Assembly: GCA_038087875.1 (NCBI GenBank) | Contig: CM075993.1 | Coordinates: 9,488,001-9,552,000 of the forward strand | Direction of reading: 5' to 3' | From: Malacoraja senta | Lineage: Eukaryota | DNA length: 64,000 nt | Shown here: positions 25,410-38,696 of the stretch, piece by piece | How the letters are laid out: every line of letters begins with the position of its first letter | Numbering within the stretch: position 1 is the first letter of the stretch | Notes under the pieces: model-generated | Told to the model about the DNA's origin: nothing | Database searches by the model: none | Seen by the model: the letters and a program-made list of their open reading frames with translations, nothing else | Made by a program: the position numbers and the translations under genes

Positions 25410-26380
25410 AGACTCCATCCCCTACTCCCAATTCCTCCGTCTACACTGCATCTGCGCCCAGGATGAGGTATTCCATACTAGGGCATTGGAGATGTCCTCA
25501 TTCTTCAGGGCACGGGGGTTCCCCAATTCCATTATAGATGAGGCTCTCACCTGGGTCTCCTTTATATCCCGCAGCTCTGCTCTTACTCCCACTTTCCGTA
25601 TTCGTAAAAAGGCAGAGTTCCCCTTGTCCTCACCTTCCAACATTTTCACCACCTCCAACGGGATCCCACTACTGGCCACATCTTCCCATCTCCTCCCCTT
25701 TCTGCTTTCCGCAGAGACCGTTCCCTCTGTAACTCCCAGGTCAATTCGTCCCTTCCCATCCAAACCACCCCCTCCCCGGGTACTTTCCCTTGCAACCGCA
25801 GGAAATGCAACACTTGACCCTTTACCTCCCACCTCGACTCCATCCAAGGACCAAATCCGTCTATCCAGTTGAGGCAGAGGTTCACCTGCACCTCCCTCCA
25901 ACGTCATCTACTGCATCCACTGTTCCAGGTGTCAACTTCTCTACATCAGTGAGACCAAGCGCAGGCTCGGCGATTGCTTCGCTGAACACCTCCGCTCAGT
26001 CCGTCTTAACCAACCTGATCGCCCGGTTGCTCAGCACTTCAACCCCCCCTCCCATTCCCACTCTGACCTTTCTGTCCTGGGCCTCCTCCATTGCCAGAGT
26101 GAGGCCCAGTGCAAATTGGAGGAACAGCACCTCATATTTTGCTTGGGTAGTTTACAACCCAGCGGTATGAACATTGACTTCTCCAATTTTAGATAGCCCT
26201 TGCTTTCTCCCTCTTTCCCCTCCCCCTTCCCTGTTCTACCACAAGTCCTACTGTCTCTGCCTTTTTCCCGCCCCCCTGACATCAGTCTGAAGAAGGGTTT
26301 CGACCCGAAATGTCGCCAATTCCTTCTCTCCATAGATGCTACCTCACCCGCTGAGTTTCTCCAGCATTTTTTGTCTACCA
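25410..26380 (+). mobile_element. Penelope-like element 3' part: RT C-terminus, GIY-YIG endonuclease remnant and pLTR with hammerhead motif
   Basis: PYSQFLRL..IC, EMSSFFRARGFP, FTCTSSNVIYCIHCSRCQLLYISETKR and EEQHLIFCLGSLQPSGMNIDFS motifs. CTGAAGA..GAAA core at 26287-26314. Confidence 0.88.
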
Positions 26381-26599
26381 TAGACACTAACCTGTTGTTT
26401 TGCTATTTATCTAAGTACAGTGTATTTTCAGTTTATCAGAAACTAGAGGTAACTGACTGTCAGACCATGGTCAATCTAATGGACTCCATTTGTTGTTCAC
26501 CATGAGGTTTCCTCTAAATTGAGAAGCCAAGCTCAGATTGGGTAGTCGCTTGACAGAGCATCAACATTCAGTCCATGGAAGTCTTCATGGGATAATGAA

Positions 26600-27492
26600 G
26601 TAGATTTTCAAAGTCTACAGAGAGATTTAGGCCATTTGGAAGAGTGGGCTGAAAGATGGCAGATGGAGTTTAATGCTCACAAATGTGAGGTGCTACATTT
26701 CGGCAGGACAAATCAAAATAGAATGTACATGGTAAACGGTAGTGAATTGAGGAATGCAGTTGAACAGAGGGATCTAGGAATAACTGTGCATAGTTCCCTG
26801 AAGGTAGAATCTCATGTAGATAGGGTGGTAAAGAAAGCTTATAAATCAGAGCATTGAATATAGAAGTTGGGATGTAATGTTAAAATTGTACAAGGCATTG
26901 GTGAGGCCAATTCTGGAGTATGGAGTACAATTTTGGTCGCCTAATTATAGGAAGGATGTCAACAAAATAGAGAGAGTACAGAGGAGATTTACTAGAATGT
27001 TGCCTGGGTTTCAGCAACTAAGTTACAGAGAAAGGTTGAACAACTTAGGTCTTTATTCTTTGGAGCGCAGAAGGTTAAGAGGGCACTTAATAGAGGTCTT
27101 TAAAATTATGAGCGGGTTAGACAGAGTGGACGTGGATAAGCTTTTCCCATTGAGAGTAGGGAAGATTCAAACAAGGGGACATGACTTGAGAATTAAGGGA
27201 CAGAAGTTTAGCGGTAACATTAGGGGGAACTTCTTTACTCAGAGAGTGGTAGCTGTGTGGAATGAGCTTCCAGTGGAAGTGGTGGAGGCAGGTTCAATGT
27301 TATCCTTTAAAAATAGTTTGGATGGGTATATGGATGGGAAAGGAATGGAGGGTTATGGTCTGAGTGCAGGTAGATGGGACTAGGGGGAAGTAATTAAAAA
27401 AATAAAAAAATAAAAAAATAAAAAATGTTCGGCACGGACTTGAAGGGCCGAGATGGCCTGTTTCCGTGCTGTTATGGTTATATGATTATATG
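26600..27492 (+). mobile_element. Relatively young CR1 3' fragment
   Basis: ORFs 26636-26857 and 26877-27383 are CR1 ORF2 C-terminus (LYKALVRPILEYGVQFWSP...FFTQRVVAVWNELP). Confidence 0.9.
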
Positions 27493-28480
27493 GAAGTCAC
27501 CTTGTGCTTCCTTTTGCCTGCCTCTTTAATTAACTATTCACTGCAACTTATCATTCTGTGGCCTCCTTCACTTTGCAATGATCCTCAGCGCAAGCTCGTC
27601 TTCCATCAGAGCATGTTGCTGCCTTCCAGTCACAATATGGAACACTTCTAACTACCTTTAATTGGACTTTATCAGACTTTAATGTTATATCTTTCACTAA
27701 ATGTTGTACCCTTTATCTGTACACAGTAGACGGCTTGATTGTATTCATCTATAGTCTTTTCTTTGACTGGCGAGCATGCAAACAAAAGCTTTTTATGGTA
27801 CCTCGGTGCACGTGGCAATAATAAACGAAACTATTTTTGTCTATAGCAGAACAGGTCATTTTTTGGCAGTCATTACTTTGACTCAGTTCGCTTCTTTCTC
27901 ACAGTATAATCTGGCCTACTGACTATGCCCTCAGCCTTGGTGTGATCAATACTCTACACAAAGAAGACAAACGGTAGTTCACTTTTGGGTGGTCTCACTC
28001 TCAGTGATATTCCCGTTATTTTATCCATCCCTCTCCCACCTTCTCTGCCACTAAAAACAAACTTGTTTTCTCTCTTTCCCCATTCTGACAAAGTTTTCAG
28101 AACCTGAAATGCTAATTGTTTCTCATTCCCTTGATTATACCTGTCCTGCTGAATATTTCCAGCACTTCTGTTTGTATCAAGGTTCGTAAAGTGTTGGGAT
28201 GTGATAATAAAGGAAAAAATCTTGCAACTTCTTTGGTTCCTTTCACATCTGCAGGATTTTCACTGATTGAAGTACTTATGTGATGTACTTCCTGTTGCAT
28301 GGTATAAATATTGGTGATAACACTTTTAATCACCATCTTTGGGGGTATACCCATTATATGTGGCTAGAAGCGTTACACCTGTTTTGCCTCCAGTCTGATC
28401 CCACAACATTACACCTGTGGCTAGAAAAGATTTTGAAGATTTCAAATGATTGTTTCTGAAGAGAATATTATTCACATTGT

Positions 28481-28783
28481 TTAGTTTAGTTTAGCGTTTG
28501 GAGATACAGTACGGAAACAGGCCCTTCGGCCCATGGAGTCCGCTTTGACCAGCGATCCCCGCACACTAACACTATCCTTCACACACTGGGGATAATTTAT
28601 AATTATACCGAGCCAATTAGCCACATGTCTTTGGTGTGTGGGTGGAAACCAGAGATCCTGGAGAAAACCCATGCATGTCACGGCGAGAAAGTACGACTCG
28701 GTACAGAAAGCACCCATAGTCAGGATTGAACCCGGGTCTCTGGCGCTGTAAGGCAGCAACTCTACCGCTGCGCCACTGTGCCG
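28481..28783 (-). mobile_element. HE1-type SINE
   Basis: Reverse complement of the same consensus. Confidence 0.88.
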
Positions 28784-30811
28784 GCTAATGTTCTTATGCC
28801 CATTTGGTATTTCTCTTTGCAGTTGACAGCATAGTCTCATACTTTACCATTCAGTATTGTGTTAATTTTATGCTCTGTTTTATATATATAATTTTTTTTC
28901 CTTCTTAAGCCTTTCTGATTATTTGTGCAATATGAATTTTATTTGGGAACAACAGACATCTTCGGACTTGTTTCTTAAAACTCTCTATCCCTGGGATTTA
29001 CTCTACCTTATTTCAGCATATGATACAGAAGTTGGTTGGAAATTACTTGCTTTGAGTAACCAACAATGCCATTATCATTGCATCAGGCAACAACCAAGAT
29101 GAAGTAAGATGAGATGAAGTAAGTAAGATGAAGAAGATTAAGTAAGATCTTGGTCTGTCTCTCACTGGGCAATCCTATTTTCAGTATGCAGTACTGCGAA
29201 GGAGTGGGGACAGTGTCGACATTAGACAAGGGTGTGTTTTATTTTGATTGAATGGTTACAGCAGCAACGATGTTTGACTTCTGAACATACTACATGTTTT
29301 ACCTTCAGTCTGATCCCACAACATTTTAACTGTTCCTGGAATTGGCCATCAAGTCACTTAATTGTACCAACGATGGGCAAAGAATTGTGTCAATGGTACT
29401 CACCTTCCCAAGAATGAATTTAATGGACATTTTCTCTTGGTACATATCCTTAGGAGTGCTAACAGTTGGAGTAGTGCATAGTATTTTTGGTATGTAATCT
29501 TTCTGGATTTTCTTGGGTCATTGAAGTTAATAGTTGGAAAATTAGTTGTACTGTGATTTTAACATCTCCAGACCCACCCTCATGGGAACCAGACCACTGG
29601 TTCTAGAGAGCCAATGGATAATGTTTCTCACAAAATATTTGAAATGTCTGGATAATCGCAAACAATCTAAAGAGCACAAAACTGAACTAAACTGGTCTTG
29701 AACAGGAGGTGAAACAAGGAAATGGAAAAAGAAAGATTTCTGAATTAACATGTTTTTCATGCCAACTCATTGTTGTTGAATTGAAGTTACTTGTAAGATA
29801 TACAATGAGTGAAATGTCCACGGCATAGTCCCATATATGACAGCCTAATTATCTTGTTTCTTGATGTTGGTTGAAAGACAAATATTGGAGAAATCTACCA
29901 ATTAATTTTTTTATTTAAGTGAATTAGTGGCCCAAGTAAACAACTGACCCAAGAGATGGCAGTTCCAACAGTATTGTAGTGTGGCACGAACCTAGATGTT
30001 GTGCTCTGGAATGGGAAGTGAGCCCATGAATGTTCCAGGGACATTTGCTTCTCAAGCTTGCAAATTTTTGAATGCATTCCCAGCAAAAATGTTGATTCTG
30101 AGTCAATTAATTATTTCCCAAAACTGCCAGATTATTTTGAAGCAGGACGAAAGCTAACTGCCTCATCCTTTAGTTTCTGAATCAGAGGGTCTTTTGCCAA
30201 TAGTTTACACGACTGAAACTCACATTATGCCTCTAAATTACCCCATCCCTCTTAATCCCCCCTATAAGCAGAGCCTCAGCTTCACAGCAAATCTGAAATC
30301 TATGTCTGGCGTATTTCTCTCCATAGTGAACATTCCAGTGCATTTTTCTTTGAAGAACAGCAGGAGATTTCTTCCGATATTTATCTCTATTTATTTTTAC
30401 CCCGTCTAAAGCTCTGCCATGATTCGTGAATTATTCTGTTGCCAACCCCTCTCTCAATGGCCCCATGGATCGACTTGGAAAAATTCTGGAGTTAATTGTT
30501 AATCTTTGGGAAGCCACACAGAGCAATTTGGGAGAAGAGTGTTTAAAAATGACATGAAACCAATTTGCATTCTCCCATTTTTTCTGAACTAGTTTGAAAA
30601 ACATATCGGAGATGTGAAAAGGAGGCGACTTCAGTGGGCAAACAAGAAAAGTGTCAAATTCTCCAGGAATAAGGCCAAGATGCAATGACCACAACTGGAC
30701 GATTACCCAGCAGAGGCCGAGCCGGAGATTCAAAAAGGTGTTGTTTGCTTTCCTTGCTATTCTACCCCCATATGCATTTTCTAACCTTCTTCTGCTCTTA
30801 CATGTCACCTT

Positions 30812-31180
30812 CAAAGATCTTAAGGGATTATTAAGGATTGGATCACGCTAGATGCAGGAAACATGTTCCTGATGTTTTGGGTGTCCAGATCCAAGGGCCA
30901 CAGTTTAAGAATAAGGGGTAGGCTATTTAGAACAGAGATGAGGAAAAACTTTTTCACCTAGAGAGTTGTGAATTTGTGGAATTCTCTGCCTCAGAAGGCA
31001 GTGGAGGCCGATTCACTGGATGCATTCAAAAGTGAGAGATAGAGCTCTTAGGGCTAGCGGAATCAAGGGACATGGGGAGAAGGCAGGAACGGGGTACTGA
31101 TTGTGAATGATCAGCCATGATCACATTGAATGGCAGTGCTGGCTCGAAGGGCCGAATGGCCTACTCCTGCACCTATTATC
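30812..31180 (+). mobile_element. CR1 3' end
   Basis: Homologous to 13660-14325 and 63480-63845. Confidence 0.82.
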
Positions 31181-31247
31181 TATGTATCTGTCTGAACAGA
31201 TATCTATTCATGTCAGCTGAGCACCAGATGTAAGGCCCTTCCGTTGT

Positions 31248-31572
31248 GGTTCGCACGGTGGCGCAGCGGTAGAGTTGCTGCCCTACAGCACATGGAGCGT
31301 CAGAGACCCAGGTTTGATCACGACTACGGATGCTGTCTGTATGGAGTTTGTACGTTCTCCCCGTGACCGCGTGGATTTTCACCAAGATCTTCAGTTTCCT
31401 CCCACACTCCAAAGACGTACAGGTTTGTAGGTTAATTGGCTTGGTGTATGTGTAAATTGTCCCTAGTGTGTGTAGGATAGTGTTAATGAAGGGATCGCTG
31501 GTCGGCGCGGACTCGGTGGGCCGAAGGGCCTGTTTCCGCACTGTATCTCTAAAACTAAAAACTAAACTAAAA
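31248..31572 (+). mobile_element. HE1-type SINE
   Basis: Full-length copy. Confidence 0.88.
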
Positions 31573-31603
31573 CCTGACCCATTCATCCGGCAGTGAAAAG
31601 TTA

Positions 31604-31927
31604 ACATAGAAACATAGAAAATAGGTGCAGGAGTAGGCCATTCGGCCCTTCGAGCCTGCACCGCCATTTGATATGATCATGGCTGATCACCCAACTCAGT
31701 ATCCCATCCCTGCCTTCTCTCCATACCCCCTGATCCCTTTAGCCACAAGAGCCACATCTAACCCCCTCTTAAATATAGCCAATGTACTGGCCTCAACTAC
31801 CTTCTGTGGCAGAGAATTCCACAGATTCGCCACTCTCTGTGTAAAAAATGATTTCCTCATCTCGGTCCTAAAAGTCTTCCCTCTTATCCTTAAACTGTGA
31901 CCCCTAGTTCTGGACTTCCCCAACATC
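31604..31927 (-). mobile_element. CR1 3' end
   Basis: SRTRGHSLRIRG..FFTQRVANLWNSLPQ with catagaaa tail. Confidence 0.85.
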
Positions 31928-32561
31928 GTTAACAATACCTACTCCGTTAGTTCCAGGGTGCCTCAAAGCAGAGACAAAGGCAAACTGGGCAAGTGCGAAT
32001 GACATTAAAAAACCTTCCACTTGTACAATTATGAGTAGGGACAGGTTGTCTGGTAAGTGCCAAGAGATGTACGTCTGTGTTCCGTGGTGCTTGAACTATT
32101 GTAGAATAGCTGAAAAGTCCCTTCTCTCCGCTCCGCAGCCATTAATGCCAGCACAATTCCCCACTGCCAAGCTGGTCTTCAGTGATAGCAGCACCACACC
32201 CACACACTCCAATGAGACCAATACCCGATCTCAATCGGTGCCAGCCTGCCCATAATTTGCACTTGATCTGACCATGGGCATTTCTGCCAGTTGCTGAATA
32301 TATCCCTCATGGTTTAACTGGACTGGCGAAGGAGTTTGGCCTTTGCAGGAAGTCTGAAAGCAGCTTTAATGGAGGATGTGAATCACCCTCATTCTGCCCT
32401 CACCAGCCCAAATTCTGTGAATTTAACCATGCCACAGAGAATTGCTACATGTAAATGTGCACTAGAGCAAAGCTGACAGCTTACAGGAAACATTATCTCA
32501 ACCAAGCAGTTAGAGGTCGTTTTTGGAATGATGTGCTGAACAATCAAAGAAATTGATTATA

Positions 32562-33120
32562 GGCGGCACAGTGGCGCAGCTGGTACAGAGTTTAAGAAGG
32601 AACTGCAGATGCTGGAAAATCGAAGGTACACAAAAATGCTGGAGAAACTCAGCGGGTGCAGCAGCATCTATGGAGCGAAGGAAATAGGCAACGTTTCGAA
32701 CCGAAACCCTTCTTCAGACTGAGGAAGGGTTTCGGCCCGAAATGTTGCATATTTCCTTCGCTCCATAGATGCTGCTGCACCCGCTGAGTTTCTCCTGCAT
32801 TTTTGTGTACCAGCTGATAGAGATGCTGGCTCACCTCCCCAGTGACCCTGGGTTGCATCCTGACCTCAGGTGCTATCTGTGTGTAGTTTGCACGTCCACC
32901 CTGTGACCACATGGGTTTCGTCTGGGTGCTCCAGTTTCCTCCTACATCCCAAAGACGTGCAGGTTTGTTGGTTAATTGGCCTCTGTAAATTGGCCCAAAT
33001 GTGTAGAGAGTGGATGCAAGAGTGAACTAATATAGAACTAGTATGAATGGGTGATCGATGGTCGGCATGGACTCAGTGCGCTGAAGGGCCTGTTTCTATG
33101 CTGTATCTTTCAATCAATTG
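32562..33120 (+). mobile_element. HE1-type SINE interrupted by the Penelope palindrome
   Basis: Head split at cagctg.ta(c)agag, which is approximately duplicated on both sides of the insertion. Confidence 0.8.
32592..32811. repeat. Penelope pLTR-derived palindrome (arms 32625-32811, centre 32718) inserted in an HE1 SINE
   Basis: Near-perfect self reverse complement around cttcag-a-ctgagg. Related short pieces at ~6245-6550, 8320, 8935, 13333, 14715, 15580, 19490, 20845, 23965, 37470-37775, 51430, 54170, 56290, 56810 and 60030. Confidence 0.85.
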
Positions 33121-33804
33121 AATCCAGTCGTGAAGAACAGGAGGAGGCCAATCTTTCCGCCAAGCCTTGTATTAATCATGGCTGCTCTGGATTTCATGTT
33201 TATTTGCTTGTTTTTATTTTTTTTCTCAACATCCTCATCCAACTAAAAACTACAGGAGTCTTCAATCTGAAACATTAGCTCTATTAGCCATTTTTCTCTC
33301 TCCACATGCTGCCGAACCTACTGAATGTTTCCTGCATCTTTTTTCATTTTATTTCAGATTTCAAGCATCTGCAGTATTCTGATTTTCAAGTATACTGATC
33401 TTGGTTTAGAAAAGTAATTCTCAATTAAGTTTCAATATCTCTTCTATTAATTGTTATAAATATATTCTTTCCTTATTTTTGGTCTATGCTAATTATGAAA
33501 TATTGTTCTTAATTACAAATTCTTGAGAATATTCTCTGCATCTGCTCAGTTGAATCATTGTTGCAATTTAAACATGTATCAGATAAATCACTGATATAAC
33601 TCACCCACAGAGAGCAGGAGTAAAACTATTTGTATCACGTTTATTGCCAGAATCATGGAATATCAATCAGACCTGGCCCTGTAACAACTTGACTAAACCC
33701 AGCTTTGTTCGCCAACAAAAAACTTGTAAAATATGACCAGCTCATTATGGTGCATTTGAAATCCAGATGATGTAAGCTATCTTGTATAAAAGCCTGGTTA
33801 ATAA

Positions 33805-34485
33805 TTTCGAAGATAGACACAAAATGCAGGAGTAACTCAGCGGGACAGGCAGCATCTCTGGAGAGAAGGAATGGGTGACGTTTTGTGTCGAGACCCTTCT
33901 TCGGACTGAGAGTTAGGGGAGAGGGAGGCACAGAGATAAAAAATGTAAGGTGTGAAAACTGGGCATCAAAGGGGACGAACATCAAAGAAAATGTAGAGTA
34001 GATCATTGTTGGCCAGGGGAAGGTGACATTGAAGCATACACAGATAAAACATTTATCAGGGGGACAGTCGGACTGGTCGGTGAACTAGGATGGGGGAGGG
34101 ATGGAGAGAGAGGGAAAGCAAGGGTTGCTTGAAGTTAGAGGTCGATATTCATACCGCTGGGCTATAAGCTGCCCAAGCGAAATACAGTATGAGGTGCTGT
34201 TCCTCCAATTTGCGCTGGGCCTCACTCTGACCGTGGCGGAGGCCCAGGACAGAATGGTCAGTGTGGGAATGGGAGGGGGAGTTAAAGCGTTTAACAACTG
34301 GGAGATCAGGTAGGTTTTGGCAGGCTGAGTGGAGGTGTTCAGCGAAACAAATACATTTCCTGGAACACAGCCAGGTAATTAATACCATGCAGGTAGACAA
34401 AAATGCTGGAGAAACTCAGCGGGTGAGGCAGCATCTATTGAGCGAAGGAATAGATGACATTTCGGGTCGAGACCCTTCTTCAGAA
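33805..34485 (-). mobile_element. Penelope-like GIY-YIG C-terminus/pLTR fragments
   Basis: FAEHLHS..PVVKRFNSPSHSHTD..RKLEEQHLI motif followed by the common pLTR sequence. Confidence 0.8.
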
Positions 34486-34986
34486 TACCGTGCCTATCCA
34501 TCCAGACACAGACTGGGAGAATTACTTAAGAAGGCTGGTAAATAACTAGTTTCAAATCAGACAATGGCTCCTGCTGCTTTGAGTGTGCTTTCCTTCAAGT
34601 GAATTGAATTATTTAATGATTTTTTTTAAATGAAGTAAAATCCCGCAAACACTAGTGAAACAAAACAATAAATGATAGAATCACTGGGATAGCTTTTAAA
34701 CGGGTGCCCGTGGATCAAGTGGGGAGATGTTAAAACTACAACCTGCCTTGCCTGCTTTAACCGGCCACTGCTGGTCTGATTTCTATATAGTATCAGCTCT
34801 ACCTTGAACAGAACTTTAGACTGTTAACTCGGTTTTTGGAAAGTCTTGAGGTCATAAAAAGTATAAGATAAATATTCATCTTTCTTGTTTAAAGGAGTCA
34901 GATTTCACGGTGGGGGTGGTTGGAGACTGGGTGGGCACCAGGTAAGTTAGTAAGGAGGCCACGTGCTTTCATTTTATCAGGTTCTT

Positions 34987-35301
34987 TAGTTTTAGTTTAG
35001 CTTAGAGATACAGAGCGGAAACAGGCCCTTCGGCCAATCGAGTCTGTGCCAACCAGTGATTCCCGCACATTAATACTACCCTACGCACACTAGAGACAAT
35101 TTACTTTCATACCAAGCCAATTAACCTACAAACCTGTATGTCTTTGGAGTGTGGGAGGAAACCGAAGATCTTGGAGAAATCCCACGCAGGTCATAGGGAG
35201 GGCGTACAAACTCCATACAGACAGCACCCGCAGTCAGGATCGAACCTGGGTCTCTGGTGCTGTTAGGCAGCAACTCTACTGCTGCACCACCGTGCCACCC
35301 G
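34987..35301 (-). mobile_element. HE1-type SINE
   Basis: Full-length reverse copy. Confidence 0.88.
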
Positions 35302-36599
35302 CTATTTTTATTTTTACTTTCTGATGTCAAACTTGGCCAAAGAAAAAGTGGACCCACCTGCTGAGGGCCTTTCCAGCTTGGCTGGTGTGACAGAAGGAAA
35401 AGCATGTTCCCTCCAGGCTAAAGAACTGAACCTCTCACAGCTGGAACCTCCCCTGATCATTGGCCCCATCCCTTCATGCCGGCACCAGCAAACGTCTCGT
35501 GTACACAACCAATTCCCAGCCCTCCCCTCACCCCTTTATCACCACCTTTCTCTACATCCACTAATCCTCACACCTACTTCCAGCATTACAATAGGCAATA
35601 GGCAATACGTGCAGGAGTGGTCCCTCAGAGTAGTGTTGGGAACATAACCCTGGATTGTGTGCTCAAGATTCCAAAGTAGGACTTGAACAAACAAGTTTCT
35701 CTTTGCCTCTATGACTCAGGCTAAAGCACAACAAAGACTGACACGCAGCATCCCTTCTGGATTTGTGTTTTCTGAGCATCAGGCCCCCAGCTTTCCCTAA
35801 CGTTATTTAAATTTCTATGTGTGTTTTTGAGTCTAGGCTGAATGAATGTTTCCAGGCAGTGAGTTGACTGACTGAATCTTTCACGCCCATGTTCTCCAGC
35901 AAACCAAACATTGGCATGGAAGTGAAAGAAATAAAGTCTGACAGCCATAGTGCAGTGTGTTATGATCGTATCAGAAATATGGACCTTAGCATCCAAAGGA
36001 AATGTACAAGGCAATCTAACAGGTGAGCCTCATTTGCCTCTCACACACCTATGGCCTTGACAGTGGATGGTATTCCCACATTCTGATGCACTAGTGAAAG
36101 CATCCTTAATGAATATTATATTAAATCTTGTTTCTCATCTCATTACTATTGGTGGGACACTTCTGTGTACAGCCTTTGAAGCTGCATTTCCTCTGAAACA
36201 AAGGTCCACATTTCATGAGCATCTCAGGGTCTTTTAAACTCTTTATGACCCCTGAGTCCATTGAAGAAGTTAACGATATGCATATTTGTTCATTCTTTGT
36301 AAGGAGGATTTGTTCTATATTGTGTCAGGGAGAGGTTGCTGGAGTAAATGAAGGCATTACAGGGATATTTCCCAGGCCCTCAAATAGTGAAACACTCACT
36401 TTACTTAGTCTTTCTAGCAACAGCCGTCCCATAACAATCTAAGTGCAAGACCATTGAAGTGTGAATATTGACAAGTCTTCACTTGCAACTGGCAACTTTT
36501 AGCATTTCCTGATGTAGCTGAGCTAGTTTCACCTTGTTCTTTCTTTTTAATTAAGGTGAAAATTCTCCCAAATCCTTGTTCTCTGTCATCTTCTCTCCG

Positions 36600-37035
36600 T
36601 AGCTCACACTGACCTTTCTATCCTGGGCCTCCTCCATTGTCAGAGTGAGGCCTGAACTATTGTAGCTCATATTTTGCTTGGGCAGTTTCACCCCAGCAGT
36701 ATGAATATTGACTTCTCCAACCTCAAGTAACCCTTGCCTTCCCTCTCTCTCCACCCTCCCCATTCTCAGTTCTCCGACTAGTCTTATTGTCCTTGTTAAC
36801 ATTTTGTTTCTGTTTGCTTTGTTGCTACCGTCTTCCAGCTAACAATGATCTATTCCACATTTTCCTTGATCTCCATCCCCTTTGTCTCGTTTTCACACCT
36901 TACATTTTCTGATCTTTGTATTTCCCGCTCCCCTGACTCAGTCTGAAGAAGGGTCTCCACCCGAAACGTCACCCATTCCTTCTCTCCAGAGATACTGCCT
37001 GTCCCGCTGAGTTACTCCAGCTTTTTGTGTCTATC
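36600..37035 (+). mobile_element. Penelope-like 3' fragment with intact minimal hammerhead core (36943-36970)
   Basis: Same GIY-YIG tail. CTGAAGA-AGGGTCTCCACCC-GAAA-CGTC. Confidence 0.8.
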
Positions 37036-38005
37036 ATCACCATCTGCTCCCTGCATACCCCATCGCACTCATTCCGCAAATACAACCTTCAACTCCCACC
37101 CTCATTCCACCTACTTCCCTCCAACTTACCACCAACTGCCTCCCCACTCCACCCACACAGGCACAGCCTTGCACCAACGCGTCCTCTATACCATTCCACA
37201 TCACAACTTCCTAACCTCCCCTCTCTCAGTCCGAAGAACAATAGAGGGAAAAACTAAAGGATATCACTGAAATGGCAAGTCAAATTTCACTACACCAATT
37301 GGTGTATGTGGCAATAAATGTCCTTTGTCCTTTTGTCCTTTGAAATCATTTGCAAGCCAATGTTCTTCAGCATGTTATGAATTCCAAACGATCCTTTTGC
37401 AATAAGATTGTAGAGTGGCATCGTTAATTTAGTTCACTCGCAGAATTTACAAATGGATCAAGATGGTGAAACAAAGAAGTGCAGATGCTGTTTAATACAC
37501 AAAAGAACACAAAGTGCTGGAGTAACTCAGCAGATCACGCAGCCTCTCTGGAGAAGGTATCGACCCGAAACATGGAAGAAGGGTCTCGACCCGAAACGTC
37601 GCCTATTTCCTTCGCTCCATAGATGCTGCCTCACCCGCTGAGTTTCTCCAGCATTTTTGTGTACCTTCATCTGCATCTACAATTCCTTCTTAAACGACCC
37701 GAAACATCACTTCACCTTGTTCTCCAGAGATGCTGCCTGACCCACTGAGTTACTCCAGCATTTTGTGTCCTCTTGTGGATCAAGATGACTGGTGATGTAA
37801 ACTCATCATTGCTCCATACAGACTTCAATAACTTCAATCCCATCTATTTTAGATGGGTGGGCTAGTTTAAAATTACCCTCTAAAAAGTTCATTATTTTCA
37901 ATTAACGAATAAAGAAGAGATAAATGCCCTTATATGAAGAATTAATATCCCCTGTCTGTCTCTATGTATCGATTTTGCTATTATTTATTTATTAATTCTC
38001 GAGAT

Positions 38006-38321
38006 TTAGTTTAGTTTAGAGATACAGCGTGTAAACAGGCCTTTCGGCCCACCGGGTCTGTGCCGACCAGCGATCCCCGCACAGTGACACTATCCTACAC
38101 CCACTTGGGACAATTTTTACATTTACCAAGCAAATTAACCTACAAACCTGTACGTCTTTGGAGTGTGGGAGGAAACCGAAGATCTCGGAGGACACCCACA
38201 CAGATCACGGGGAGAACATACAAACTCCGTACAGACAGCACCCGTAGACAGGATTGAACCCGGGTCTCAGGCGCTGCATTCGCTGTAAGGCAGCAACTCT
38301 ACCGCTGCGCTACCGTGACCA
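38006..38321 (-). mobile_element. HE1-type SINE
   Basis: Full-length reverse copy. Confidence 0.88.
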
Positions 38322-38474
38322 CTGGCAAGCTGGTAAGTACAGAGAATGGCTTCATACTTCTGACCAAGATATATGATCTTTGTTTCTGACGTGCCCTGTA
38401 GAGGTAGAAAGGCTTTGGGAATCAGATAGATCTTTCAAGAGCTCCTCTCATAGGAAGTTAAAACCTGAACTTTT

Positions 38475-38696
38475 CATAGAAACATAGAAAATAGGTGCAG
38501 GAGGAGGGCATTCGGCCCTTCGAGCCAGCACCTCCATTCATTGTGATCATGGCTGATCGTTCCCAATCAATAACCCGTGCCTGCCTTCTCCCCATATCCC
38601 TTGATTCCACTAGCCCCTAGAGCTCTATCTAACTCTCTCTTAAATCCATCCAGTGATTTGGCCTCCACTGCCCTCTGTGGCAGGGAATTACACAAA
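38475..38696 (-). mobile_element. CR1 3' end
   Basis: Reverse complement of the 63630-63845 type tail. Confidence 0.8.

Noticed and set aside
29090..29150. Short tandem duplications (also 164-195, 1985-2049, 25329-25405, 47234-47290, 28380/29295)
   Set aside because: Ordinary slippage-type duplications with no further structure.
30431..30814. 127-aa minus-strand ORF in apparently unique sequence
   Set aside because: No recognisable motif, non-ATG start abutting a CR1, and no convincing splice signals.
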